Made by a program: the position numbers and the translations under genes
Source: Pseudomonadota bacterium
GTDB lineage: Bacteria > Pseudomonadota > Alphaproteobacteria > Rhizobiales > UBA4765
Assembly: GCA_041694995.1 (NCBI GenBank)
Contig: JBGFRS010000056.1
Location: forward strand, 34,498-98,497
Length of the DNA stretch: 64,000 nt
Direction of reading: 5' to 3'
In this document: positions 10,141 to 19,300 of the stretch, piece by piece
How the letters are laid out: each line of letters starts with the position of its first letter
Position numbering within the stretch: the first letter of the stretch is position 1
The notes under the pieces: model-generated
Databases searched by the model: none
What the model saw: the letters and a program-made list of their open reading frames with translations, nothing else
Told to the model about the DNA's origin: nothing

Positions 10141-11105
10141 TGCAACACGTCGAAGCCTCCTTGCCGAAGCCGGCACGTGCGGTGGCGCGGCCGCGTTCCG
10201 TGTGGTCCCGCATGGCGGGATCAGACATCGCTTTCTCGTTCTTCCGATCGAAGGTCACGGTCGCCGCGGCGATCGTGACTCTCGTCTATTTTCTCGGTGC
10301 GCTTTTCGCTCCCTGGATTGCACCCAATAACCCCTATGACCTCACGCAACTCACGTTGTGGAATTCGAACCTGCCGCCGATGTGGCTGCAGAACGGGGAA
10401 GCGAAATTCCCCCTTGGTACGGACGACCAAGGCCGCTGCATCCTGTCGACGATTCTCTACGGGTTGCGCATCTCACTCGGCGTCGGGTTCATTGCCGTCA
10501 TTCTCTCGGCGGTGCTTGGCATCATGCTCGGGCTTCTTGCAGGATACATCGGTGGCCGGCTCGACAGTTTCATCATGCGTGTCGCCGACGTGCAGCTCGC
10601 CTTCCCGTCGATCCTCATCGCGCTGTTCGTCGATGGGACGTTGCGCGGAATGTTTCCGAATGCCGGCCGCGAGTCTTCGGCCTTCTGGATTCTCGTGGTG
10701 GCCCTGACGTTGTCATTCTGGGTTCAGTATGCGCGCACGGTCCGCGGTTCGACGATCGTCGAGAAGAACCGCGAATACGTTCAGGCCGCTCGCGTCATTG
10801 GTCTGCCGGCTTTTACCATTATGCTACGGCATGTCTTGCCGAACGTGCTCGGACCTGTCCTGGTGATCGCGACGATCAATCTGGCGCTCGCCATCTTGAC
10901 CGAAGCCACCTTGTCCTTTCTTGGGGTGGGGTTTCCGCCCACCGAGCCGTCACTCGGGGCTCTGATCCAAATTGGTTCACGCTTCCTGTTCTCTGGGGAA
11001 TGGTGGATCACCGTATTTCCGGGCGTGGCTCTTGCCGGCTTGATCCTCGCGATCAACATGCTGGGCGATTGGCTGCGCGACGCCCTCAATCCAAGGCTAC
11101 GCTAG
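10137..11105 (+). CDS. ABC transporter permease (DppC-like, second copy)
   Basis: 322 aa ORF overlapping the upstream gene by ATGA. Carries GTDDQGRCILS and MLGDWLRDALNP motifs. Confidence 0.85.
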   Translation: MMQHVEASLPKPARAVARPRSVWSRMAGSDIAFSFFRSKVTVAAAIVTLVYFLGALFAPWIAPNNPYDLTQLTLWNSNLPPMWLQNGEAKFPLGTDDQGRCILSTILYGLRISLGVGFIAVILSAVLGIMLGLLAGYIGGRLDSFIMRVADVQLAFPSILIALFVDGTLRGMFPNAGRESSAFWILVVALTLSFWVQYARTVRGSTIVEKNREYVQAARVIGLPAFTIMLRHVLPNVLGPVLVIATINLALAILTEATLSFLGVGFPPTEPSLGALIQIGSRFLFSGEWWITVFPGVALAGLILAINMLGDWLRDALNPRLR

Positions 11106-12095
11106 ATGGTCGACGTGCTTCTCGAGGTACGCAATCTGCGCGTTGAATTCCCGACGCGACGAGGAACGCTCGTTGCGGTCGACGACATCTCCTTCGGCGT
11201 CCGCAAAGGCGAGGTGCTCGGTGTCGTCGGGGAGTCCGGTGCCGGAAAGTCACTGACGGGGGCAGCTATCATCGGCCTGCTCGAACCGCCGGGCCGCATC
11301 GCTGGTGGTCAAGTAATCCTCGACGGCCGGCGTATCGATAACCTTCCGGCCGAAGACCTGCGCCGGGTGCGCGGCAAACAGATCGGTATGGTCTTCCAAG
11401 ACCCGTTGACGTCGCTCAACCCCCTCTACACGGTTGGGCAACAGCTCTCCGAGACCATCCTCACGCATAATCCGCAGATGAGCGAACAAGATGCGCGTGC
11501 GCGCTCTCTATCGCTCCTTCTCGATGTCGGCATTCCGGCTGCAAAGGATAGGCTCAACGCCTATCCCCACCAGTTCTCGGGTGGCATGCGTCAGCGTGTC
11601 GTGATCGCGCTTGCCCTAGCCGCAGAGCCGGAGCTCGTCATCGCGGACGAGCCGACGACGGCTCTCGACGTTTCCGTTCAATCGCAGATCATCGCTCTTC
11701 TCAAACGGCTCTGTCGGGAACGCGGGACGGCCGTCATTCTTGTCACGCACGACATGGGGGTCATCGCGGAGACCGCGGATCGCGTCGCCGTCATGTATGC
11801 GGGACGGATCGCCGAGATCGGCTCGGTGCGCGATGTCATCTTGTACCCGAAACACCCCTACACTGTCGGGCTGATGGGTGCGATTCCGGCACTCGACTCG
11901 GACGTGGAACGGCTCGCGCAAATTCCTGGCTCCATGCCGCGCCTAACGGCAATCCCCAAGGGTTGTGCGTTCAATCCGCGCTGCGACAAGGCGTTCGAAC
12001 GGTGCCTGATTGAGCGACCGAACCCGATCACCGTTGGCAGCCGGCAGATTGCGTGCTGGCTCTACGACAGTGAAAGAACTGAGGCTGCGGCATGA
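11106..12095 (+). CDS. ABC transporter ATP-binding protein (DppD/OppD-like)
   Basis: Walker A GESGAGKS, signature FSGGMRQR and Walker B LVIADEPTTALD, plus a C-terminal oligopeptide-type extension. Confidence 0.9.
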   Translation: MVDVLLEVRNLRVEFPTRRGTLVAVDDISFGVRKGEVLGVVGESGAGKSLTGAAIIGLLEPPGRIAGGQVILDGRRIDNLPAEDLRRVRGKQIGMVFQDPLTSLNPLYTVGQQLSETILTHNPQMSEQDARARSLSLLLDVGIPAAKDRLNAYPHQFSGGMRQRVVIALALAAEPELVIADEPTTALDVSVQSQIIALLKRLCRERGTAVILVTHDMGVIAETADRVAVMYAGRIAEIGSVRDVILYPKHPYTVGLMGAIPALDSDVERLAQIPGSMPRLTAIPKGCAFNPRCDKAFERCLIERPNPITVGSRQIACWLYDSERTEAAA

Positions 12096-13111
12096 GCGAG
12101 CGCTTGCTTCTCGAGGTGCGGAACCTCTCGAAGGTTTTCGACGTGTCGAAGCCCTGGCTCGAGCGCGTGCTCAATCGCGAGAGCAAGAAGACATTGAAGG
12201 CTGTCACCGACGTCTCGTTCTCGATCAAGAAGGGAGAGACCTTCGCGCTGGTTGGCGAGTCCGGATCAGGAAAATCAACGATCGCGCGGATGATCGTGGG
12301 GCTTTATCCGGTCTCTGCCGGCACCATCGTGTTCGACGGACTTGATGTCACCGATCCTGCCAACGCCGCTCGGTTTGCAAAGGAACGGCGGCGCTTGACC
12401 ATGATCTTTCAAGATCCTTATGCGTCGTTGAACCCGCGGTGGCGCGTCGATCGCATCATTTCGGAGCCGATCCGGGCGTTTGGTTTGATGCGCGATGACA
12501 AGGAGATCGAAGATCGCGTCGGGGAGCTTCTGCGGCTCGTTCGCCTCGATCCGCTGGATGGTCAGAAATACCCTCACGAATTCTCAGGCGGCCAGCGACA
12601 GCGGATTGCCATCGCGCGCGCCCTTGCGTCGAACCCGGAGTTCATCGTCTGCGATGAACCGACATCGGCGCTCGACGTCTCGGTCCAAGCCCAGGTTCTC
12701 AATCTGATGCGCGACCTTCAAGGGCAGTTCGGCCTAACCTACCTGTTCATTTCGCACAACCTCGCCGTCATTCGTCACATGGCGACACGCGTCGGCGTGC
12801 TGTACCTCGGCCGGCTCGCCGAGGTGGCACCGACGAGCGGTCTGTTTCGCACGCCGCAACATCCCTACACGCGCATGCTCCTTGCCGCCGTCCCCGACCT
12901 GCACGGGTTTGGCGCGGATCGCGCCGCAGCCGTGCAGGGCGAGATCGCGAACCCCATCGATCCGCCGAGTGGTTGCACGTTTCACCCGCGATGCGGGCTG
13001 GCGAATGCGAGGTGCAAGCAGGAAGTGCCTCAGCCGAGACCTTCGGGGAATGCGCTCGTTGCCTGCCATGCCGTTGAGGAGGGGCGTACGACGACTGCCC
13101 AAGCGGCCTGA
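12092..13111 (+). CDS. ABC transporter ATP-binding protein (DppF/OppF-like)
   Basis: Walker A GESGSGKST, signature FSGGQRQR and Walker B FIVCDEPTSALD. Overlaps the upstream gene by ATGA. Confidence 0.9.
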   Translation: MSERLLLEVRNLSKVFDVSKPWLERVLNRESKKTLKAVTDVSFSIKKGETFALVGESGSGKSTIARMIVGLYPVSAGTIVFDGLDVTDPANAARFAKERRRLTMIFQDPYASLNPRWRVDRIISEPIRAFGLMRDDKEIEDRVGELLRLVRLDPLDGQKYPHEFSGGQRQRIAIARALASNPEFIVCDEPTSALDVSVQAQVLNLMRDLQGQFGLTYLFISHNLAVIRHMATRVGVLYLGRLAEVAPTSGLFRTPQHPYTRMLLAAVPDLHGFGADRAAAVQGEIANPIDPPSGCTFHPRCGLANARCKQEVPQPRPSGNALVACHAVEEGRTTTAQAA

Positions 13112-13116
13112 CGCGT

Positions 13117-13968
13117 TCAGCGCCCAAACCCTGGCGGCACCGGTGGTGCGTCTGGCATGAGCAAGATAGTCACACGAGAATTGGAAGGGGCCGCCGGGTC
13201 TTGAGGGAAGGCCGGCTCGGTGTCCGCCTTTCCTGAAACGACTGCAAAGCGTTCGCTCCGAACACCGCTTTCCATGAGGATCTGCCGAACGGCGTTTGCT
13301 CGGTCGGCCGAGAGGTCCCAATTCGAATAACCAGGTCGACCAGTCAATCGCCGGGACGTGGTGTGACCGGTTATTGAGATTCGGTTCGGTAGGCGCGCCA
13401 GGACAGGTCCAAGTGACTGCAAGATGACTCGCGTCCGTTCGAACGGAAAGCGCGACCCTTCTGGAAACATCGAGCGATGATCTTGGTCGACGAGACGGAT
13501 CATCAGGCCCTCGGGCGTCTCCTCGACCTGGATGTTCTGCGAGAGCGCTGCCACCTCCGGCAATTCCTGCCAGGCCTGCCGCAGCGTGGCCGCGGCAAGG
13601 GCGAACCGTTGATCGCGACTTGTCGGTCCACGCGTTCCATCTTGTGCGCGTTCCGACTCTCCGGACGAGCGGAAGCCGCTCAGTTCTCGGTTCGGCGAAA
13701 ACTCCGTATCTTGGTTGGGAAGCGGGGTGACAGCCGTGAACTGATTGCGCGACGGAAAGCCGTGCAATTCGATGACGCCACTCAAGCGGGTCTCGCGCGT
13801 GGACCCAAAGGCTTCGCGCATCGACCCCATCAAGGCCTGCATGCGTTGCTTGTCGGTCGTTGAATAGGCTGCGATCATCACGAAGAAGCTCATGAGCAGG
13901 GCCATGAGGTCGGCGAAGGTGACGAACCATCCGTGTCCGCCGCCGTGACCTTTTTTCTTCCGCGCCAT
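13117..13968 (-). CDS. motB: MotB-like stator protein (OmpA-family peptidoglycan-binding C-terminus)
   Basis: 283 aa ORF. N-terminus KKKGHGGGHGWFVTFADLMALLMSFFV matches the typical MotB TM/plug. C-terminal OmpA-like region SNWDLSADRANAV. Confidence 0.8.
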   Translation of the reverse strand: MARKKKGHGGGHGWFVTFADLMALLMSFFVMIAAYSTTDKQRMQALMGSMREAFGSTRETRLSGVIELHGFPSRNQFTAVTPLPNQDTEFSPNRELSGFRSSGESERAQDGTRGPTSRDQRFALAAATLRQAWQELPEVAALSQNIQVEETPEGLMIRLVDQDHRSMFPEGSRFPFERTRVILQSLGPVLARLPNRISITGHTTSRRLTGRPGYSNWDLSADRANAVRQILMESGVRSERFAVVSGKADTEPAFPQDPAAPSNSRVTILLMPDAPPVPPGFGR

Positions 13969-13978
13969 GGCTCACATC

Positions 13979-14758
13979 TCAAGCCGCAGCTTGCTCTTCC
14001 GCGTCCTCGCGATGGTGATGCGGCAGATAGGTGAGCAGCATCTCGCGGATCACGGCGGGGCTCTTGTTCTCGCGGACCTGGAGGATGCCGTCGATGACAA
14101 GCGTTTCGTTGATCTCGTCCTTGGCCAAGAGCAGTTCCAGCTTCTCGGCGATCGGCGCGCAGATGAAGTTGGCCAGAACGGCACCGTAGAGCGTCGCAAG
14201 AAGCGCGATCGCCATGGCGGGGCCTAGTTTGGACGGATCGGCCATATTCTGGAACATCTGCACCATGCCGATCAAGGTGCCCACCATGCCCATGGCGGGC
14301 GCGCAATCGGCGATGGACTTGTAGACCTTGACGCCGACTTCGAGCCGCGTGGCATTCAGATCGCGCTCGCGCTCGAGCGTTTCGCGGATAAAGTTCCCAT
14401 CATAGCCGTCGGCAATCATGCGCACGCCGCGAGCCAGGAACTCGTCGTTGATCTCCATGGTCTCGAGCGCGATCGGCCCTTTCTTCCGAACGACATCGGC
14501 GATTTCAGTGATCTGCTCGATCAGGTCACGCGGCGGGCTCGGGGCGTGCACGAAGGCATAACGGACGCCGTTGGCTATGCCGGACAGAACCTCACCCAAG
14601 GGAAAACGAATCAAGGTTGCGGCGAGAGCGCCTCCGAACACCGTCACGAAGGCGTGCTTGTTCAAGAAGCCACGTGGGTCGCCCTCATAGAGCACGAGAT
14701 AGGCGATCACGCCCGTCGCAACCGCGACACCTCCGATGGTTGCGAGGTCAATCCGCAT
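13979..14758 (-). CDS. motA: MotA/PomA-like proton-channel stator protein
   Basis: 259 aa ORF of the MotA/TolQ/ExbB family with motifs APAMGMVGTLIGMV and LLATLYGAVLANF. Lies 10 nt upstream of the motB-like gene. Confidence 0.8.
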   Translation of the reverse strand: MRIDLATIGGVAVATGVIAYLVLYEGDPRGFLNKHAFVTVFGGALAATLIRFPLGEVLSGIANGVRYAFVHAPSPPRDLIEQITEIADVVRKKGPIALETMEINDEFLARGVRMIADGYDGNFIRETLERERDLNATRLEVGVKVYKSIADCAPAMGMVGTLIGMVQMFQNMADPSKLGPAMAIALLATLYGAVLANFICAPIAEKLELLLAKDEINETLVIDGILQVRENKSPAVIREMLLTYLPHHHREDAEEQAAA

Positions 14759-14857
14759 GTGTATGCGCTCCGCGACGCAGAACTTGCTGGCGGGCCCGAC
14801 TGGGACCGTCTCTCGAATGCGTGGAAAATTACGATGACGGCCCTAACGGCCGCTTAA

Positions 14858-15922
14858 TCAAACGACCCCTGCCCTGAGAAGGTCGTGCATGTGCAAAAGC
14901 CCCACGACGCGCTCCTGCTCGACCACGATCAGCACGGTGATCCTGCCAGTATTCATGGCGGCGACCGCATCTGCGGCAAGGGCATCGGGGGCGATCGTCC
15001 GCGGAGTCTTCGTCATGATCCTCTCGACAGGCCCCGACGTCAGTTGACGGCCGAATGCGCGGCGAACATCGCCATCTGTCACGATGCCGGTGAGGCGGCC
15101 GTCGTGATCGACGACCGCGACGCAGCCAAATCCCTTCTGCGACATGATCGCAATCGCCGCCTCGATGGTCGTTCCGCTCGGTGCGAGCGGAAGTGCGTCG
15201 CCCGCGTGCATCAGATCGCGCACGAGGCGGAGCTGAGCGCCGAGGCGGCCCCCCGGGTGGAACACGCGGAAGTCACGTGCGGAGAAGCCGCGGGCTTCGA
15301 GGAGCGCGACCGCGAGTGCATCACCCAACACGAGCTGGGTGGTTGACGAGGTGGTCGGGGCAAGTCCGTTGGGGCAAGCCTCCCCGACCCTCGGCAGCAG
15401 GAGAACAAGGTCGGCCGCCCGCGCGAGGCTCGATTGGACATCAGCCGTCACGGCAACGAGCGTGACGCCGAAGCGAGCGGTGTAATCGATCAAGGCGCCG
15501 AGCTCTGCCGTCTCTCCGGACCAGGACAGAGCGAGAACCACATCATCCGGCGCAATCATGCCGAGGTCGCCGTGGCTTGCTTCGGCAGCGTGCACGAAAT
15601 AGGCGGGCGTACCCGTCGAAGCGAGCGTCGCAGCGATCTTGCGGGCGACGTGGCCTGACTTGCCGATGCCAGCCACGATGACGCGTCCCTTGGCGCGCAG
15701 GATCGTCTCGACGGCCCTTCGAAACGAAACGCCGAGTTCGGCCGACAGCGCGCCGGCAAGCCCGTCGAGGCCGGCGCGCTCTGCAGCGACGGTGCGCAAG
15801 GCTGACGCAACTGCATCAGCGGGCTCGGCTTCGGTTCGGCTCGCGGGAACTGGCATGCGCAGGGGGGTAGCACGAAAGGCGCGAACGCTGCCACCGCGAC
15901 CTATCAACTCGCAGTTAACCAT
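14858..15922 (-). CDS. kpsF: KpsF/GutQ-family arabinose-5-phosphate isomerase (SIS plus tandem CBS domains)
   Basis: SIS motif GIGKSGHVARKIAATLASTGTPA and C-terminal CBS pairs. The start is uncertain, with an alternative ATG at 15856. Confidence 0.8.
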   Translation of the reverse strand: MVNCELIGRGGSVRAFRATPLRMPVPASRTEAEPADAVASALRTVAAERAGLDGLAGALSAELGVSFRRAVETILRAKGRVIVAGIGKSGHVARKIAATLASTGTPAYFVHAAEASHGDLGMIAPDDVVLALSWSGETAELGALIDYTARFGVTLVAVTADVQSSLARAADLVLLLPRVGEACPNGLAPTTSSTTQLVLGDALAVALLEARGFSARDFRVFHPGGRLGAQLRLVRDLMHAGDALPLAPSGTTIEAAIAIMSQKGFGCVAVVDHDGRLTGIVTDGDVRRAFGRQLTSGPVERIMTKTPRTIAPDALAADAVAAMNTGRITVLIVVEQERVVGLLHMHDLLRAGVV

Positions 15923-15960
15923 CGCGATTTACGATCCATTCACCAAGTTCGTCACCGGAG

Positions 15961-17553
15961 GTGGTCTTGGGCGCCACGCGCCGGAGGGTCTGTGCGTCGA
16001 CAGTCGTGCTGCTGGGAGCGATCATGCTTTCCGGCCGGGTCGTGCACGCTCAGCCAACCGACTTCAGCCCGCCCGGTGCCGCAATGCCGGACCCGTTCCA
16101 GACACCTTTGACTGTCGACCCGGTGGAGGCCCCGGTCGTCCGTCCGCCGCAAGGCCTGCGTGGGCCCGTCGAGCCGGCGCGGTTTGCGCCGCCGCCACCC
16201 CGTATCCAGCGGCGCACTGCGACTTTCGTGCGCGAACCACCGCCCAACCCACGCTCGCGCACGCAGCGTCCGGTACAGGGGGTGGTGCAACGGCCGACGC
16301 AGATCGAGACGACGGAGGCGGTGCGGCGTCGGGTGTATGATCCCCGCGCTTCGACGCTCGGCGAGGTTGCCGCGGAAATTGCTCCCGCTCCGGTGCGCAG
16401 GCGGCAGCAAGAGGTCGATCCCTTCAGCCCCCTCGGAATCCGGGTCGGTAGCTTCATTCTTCGGCCATCGATCGAATCGGGGATCGGCTGGACGGACAAC
16501 GCGAACGTTTCGGCCACCAACCGGCAAAGATCAGCCTTCTCGCGTGTGGCGGCGGAAGGCCGGCTCGACTCCGACTGGCGCATCCATGCTCTCGGTCTCA
16601 GACTGCGTGCTGAGCGGCAGGACTTCGCCCGCGGCGGGCTCGAACCGAACCTCACGCTCGACGCCGCGGTGACGGCGCGCGTCGACGTGACGCGTGACAC
16701 GCAGATGGACGCCGGGGCGTCCTTCCGCCGCGCTCCGGATTCGGCAACGACGTTCGATCTTCCGGTCACGGCCGTGGGCCGTCCTGATCTCGACACGACA
16801 TCTGTCAATGCCGCCGTCACGCAGCGTTTCGGCCGTATCGCTCTTCGCCTGAGAGGGCAGTACGATCAGCTGCGCTACGGCGACACCGACCTTGCGGACG
16901 GAACACGCCTCTCGAATGCGTCGCGCAACGTCGATGTTTCGACGGTCTCGTTGCGTGCCGGCTATGAGGTCGCGCCTGGGCTCTCGCCCTTCGTCGAGGT
17001 TTCGGGCAATCGCCGGGATTTCCGACAGGACGTGGATGCGTTCGGGACGATTCAAGGATCCTCCGGCACGGCGGCCCGCGGCGGGGTCGCCGTCGACTTC
17101 GGTCCCAAGCTGCGCGGTGAATTCGCGCTTGGCTATCTCATCCAGCGGCCACGCGACCCCTCCTTGCAGGAGTTCTCTGGTTTCACAATCGACGGTTCGC
17201 TCGAATGGTCGATCTCGCCCTTGACGACCTTGCGTGCCGTGGCGCGCACCGGCATTCTGGACACGTCCACGCCGGGAGCGTTCGGCGGCATCGCGCGCGA
17301 TGCGATCTTCACTCTCGAACATGCGCTCACCCGGAACGTGCTCGTCTCGGGGACCGTCGGGCTTGGGATCGACGACTTCGCTGGGATCACGCGCACGGAT
17401 CGGCGTTTCAGCGCGGCCCTCGCCGCGACGTGGCGGTTCAACCGTCAGATGTCATTGCGGCTTGAGGCGACGCGACAGCAGTTGCGCTCGACTGCTCCAG
17501 CCAACGACACGGTGACGAATACGGTCCAGAGCACGCTGCGGATCGAATTCTAA
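15961..17553 (+). CDS. Outer-membrane beta-barrel protein with a Pro-rich N-terminal extension
   Basis: Signal-like N-terminus ending VHAQ, a Pro-rich linker, then alternating beta-strand-like sequence ending in the aromatic terminus LRIEF. GTG start at 15961, or TTG at 15967. Confidence 0.6.
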   Translation: MVLGATRRRVCASTVVLLGAIMLSGRVVHAQPTDFSPPGAAMPDPFQTPLTVDPVEAPVVRPPQGLRGPVEPARFAPPPPRIQRRTATFVREPPPNPRSRTQRPVQGVVQRPTQIETTEAVRRRVYDPRASTLGEVAAEIAPAPVRRRQQEVDPFSPLGIRVGSFILRPSIESGIGWTDNANVSATNRQRSAFSRVAAEGRLDSDWRIHALGLRLRAERQDFARGGLEPNLTLDAAVTARVDVTRDTQMDAGASFRRAPDSATTFDLPVTAVGRPDLDTTSVNAAVTQRFGRIALRLRGQYDQLRYGDTDLADGTRLSNASRNVDVSTVSLRAGYEVAPGLSPFVEVSGNRRDFRQDVDAFGTIQGSSGTAARGGVAVDFGPKLRGEFALGYLIQRPRDPSLQEFSGFTIDGSLEWSISPLTTLRAVARTGILDTSTPGAFGGIARDAIFTLEHALTRNVLVSGTVGLGIDDFAGITRTDRRFSAALAATWRFNRQMSLRLEATRQQLRSTAPANDTVTNTVQSTLRIEF

Positions 17554-17560
17554 ACGAATG

Positions 17561-19156
17561 TCACCCTTCCGGCGTCGGGTGGTACTGGTAGAGCCAGGTC
17601 TCCGATACGGCGCGATCGCCGAGGCGCAAGAAGCAGCGCATCTCGACGGGTTCCTCGCCCGTGACGCGAAGATCGAACTGCGTGCGCCAGTGGCCGGGAA
17701 CGTCGTTCGGCACGGCCTCGGTGTTGCGGTAGCCCTCGAGCGAACCGCGTGAGACCGTCACGACGGGTTCGGGACGCACACCACGGGGCACGTCGACGAG
17801 GGGGCCGCCGAGAAACTCGATCATGAACTTGCGCAGTCCACGCGGGCGGTCGGTGCCTGGCTGCCCTCCGTTTCCGAGGCGCGTGGCGACGACGCGCGCC
17901 AAAGGCCCCTCGTCAGGTGCGGCCGATTGCCAATAGGTGCGATAGCGATAGGAGAAGGTTGCCCCCGTTCGCGCCGGTTCGGCCGGCACCCACATCGCGA
18001 CAATGTTGTCGTGGATCTCGTCGTCCGTCGGGATTTCCACGAGTTGCACTGCGCCCCGGTCCCAGTCGCCGATCGGCTCGATCCATAGGGAGGGGCGCCG
18101 CTCATAGAAAACACCGTCGAGATAGTTGTTGAAGTCTCGATCGCGCTGCATCAAGCCGAAGCCGCGCGGGTTCTGATCTCCGAAGGACGATGTGATCGTG
18201 CGCGGGGGATTGTTCAGCGGGCGCCAAATGCGCTCGCCGCCGCCGGTCCACAGTTGCAGCCCGTCCGAGTCGTGGACCTCGGGACGCCAGTCGACCATCG
18301 CCGGCCGGCGCGTCTGCGAGTACCAGTACATGGATGTGAGAGGGGCGACGCCAAAGCGGTAGATGTCCTTGCGGATGTGCAGGTGCTTCTCGACCTCGAT
18401 TTCGACGCCTTGTGTTCGTCGGCAGGTAAACTTGTACGCGCCGGTGACGGAAGGCCCGTCCAGCAGGGCATAGACGATGCCTTCTTCCCCACCTGCGGGT
18501 GCCGGCTCGATGTAGAACTCGGTGAAGTCGGGGAACTCCTCGGGCCCGTGCGGGCTTGCAACATCGATCGCGATGCCTCGCGCCGAGAGGCCGTACTGGT
18601 TGAGATCGCCGATCGCACGAAAATAGGACGCGCCGAGAAAGGCAAGCCAATCCTGCGTGCGCCAATCCGCCCGTCGCATCGACTCCTGAAAGCGGAAGCC
18701 GGCAAATCCCGAGTCGGCCGGCAGGCGGCGTGCTGGACTGTCCACGGGCATGTCAAAATAGGTTGGGGAATAGAGGATTTCACGCGCTCGACCGCCGCGG
18801 AGAACGTGCATCGCCACTTTCTTCTGGAAGAAGCGACCAAGGTGAAAGAATGTGACGGGGTAGGCGCCGGAACCGTCGGCAAAGAGCGAGAGATCCGTTC
18901 GGAAGCGGATGCGCCCGTGAGCATCGTAGTCGATTGCCTGGGTCACGTCGGGCGCCGGGCGCAGCGGCGGAACATAGGCTTGTCGCGCCACCCGTTGCGC
19001 ACGTTCACGCAGCATCTCGAACGAGAAAGGACGTTCGGCGCCGAAATCGAGCCCTGTGCGGGCCGGCTGCGCCTGCGCGCACAGACGATCGGCGATCATC
19101 ATGGCGGGGAGGCCTGCGGCAGCGGCAATGAGGGAACGGCGGGTCGTTGTCGTCAT
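17561..19156 (-). CDS. opgD: Periplasmic glucan biosynthesis protein, OpgD-like (MdoG family, Tat signal)
   Basis: The start at 19156 gives MTTTTRRSLIAAAAGLPAMM, a twin-arginine signal. MdoG-family motifs GASYFRA and FPDFTEFYIE are present. The longer ORF to 19618 is rejected. Confidence 0.85.
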   Translation of the reverse strand: MTTTTRRSLIAAAAGLPAMMIADRLCAQAQPARTGLDFGAERPFSFEMLRERAQRVARQAYVPPLRPAPDVTQAIDYDAHGRIRFRTDLSLFADGSGAYPVTFFHLGRFFQKKVAMHVLRGGRAREILYSPTYFDMPVDSPARRLPADSGFAGFRFQESMRRADWRTQDWLAFLGASYFRAIGDLNQYGLSARGIAIDVASPHGPEEFPDFTEFYIEPAPAGGEEGIVYALLDGPSVTGAYKFTCRRTQGVEIEVEKHLHIRKDIYRFGVAPLTSMYWYSQTRRPAMVDWRPEVHDSDGLQLWTGGGERIWRPLNNPPRTITSSFGDQNPRGFGLMQRDRDFNNYLDGVFYERRPSLWIEPIGDWDRGAVQLVEIPTDDEIHDNIVAMWVPAEPARTGATFSYRYRTYWQSAAPDEGPLARVVATRLGNGGQPGTDRPRGLRKFMIEFLGGPLVDVPRGVRPEPVVTVSRGSLEGYRNTEAVPNDVPGHWRTQFDLRVTGEEPVEMRCFLRLGDRAVSETWLYQYHPTPEG

Positions 19157-19300
19157 TCTGAGATCCACAATCGGTGACATTGGCAACAGAAGGCTCTGTT
19201 CGTCGCAGGAAATGAGGCAGTGTCGTGGCGACGATGCCACCACATCGACCGGGCGGCAGGCAACAGCTATGGTGGACGCTGTTGCATCCATTGGTGCTCC

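Noticed and set aside
13117-14758. The MotAB-like pair as a Zorya-type (ZorAB) anti-phage system.
   Set aside because: As far as I recall, ZorA is much longer and has a long tail domain, and ZorC/D or ZorE partners would be expected. Here MotA is 259 aa and no such accessory genes are adjacent.
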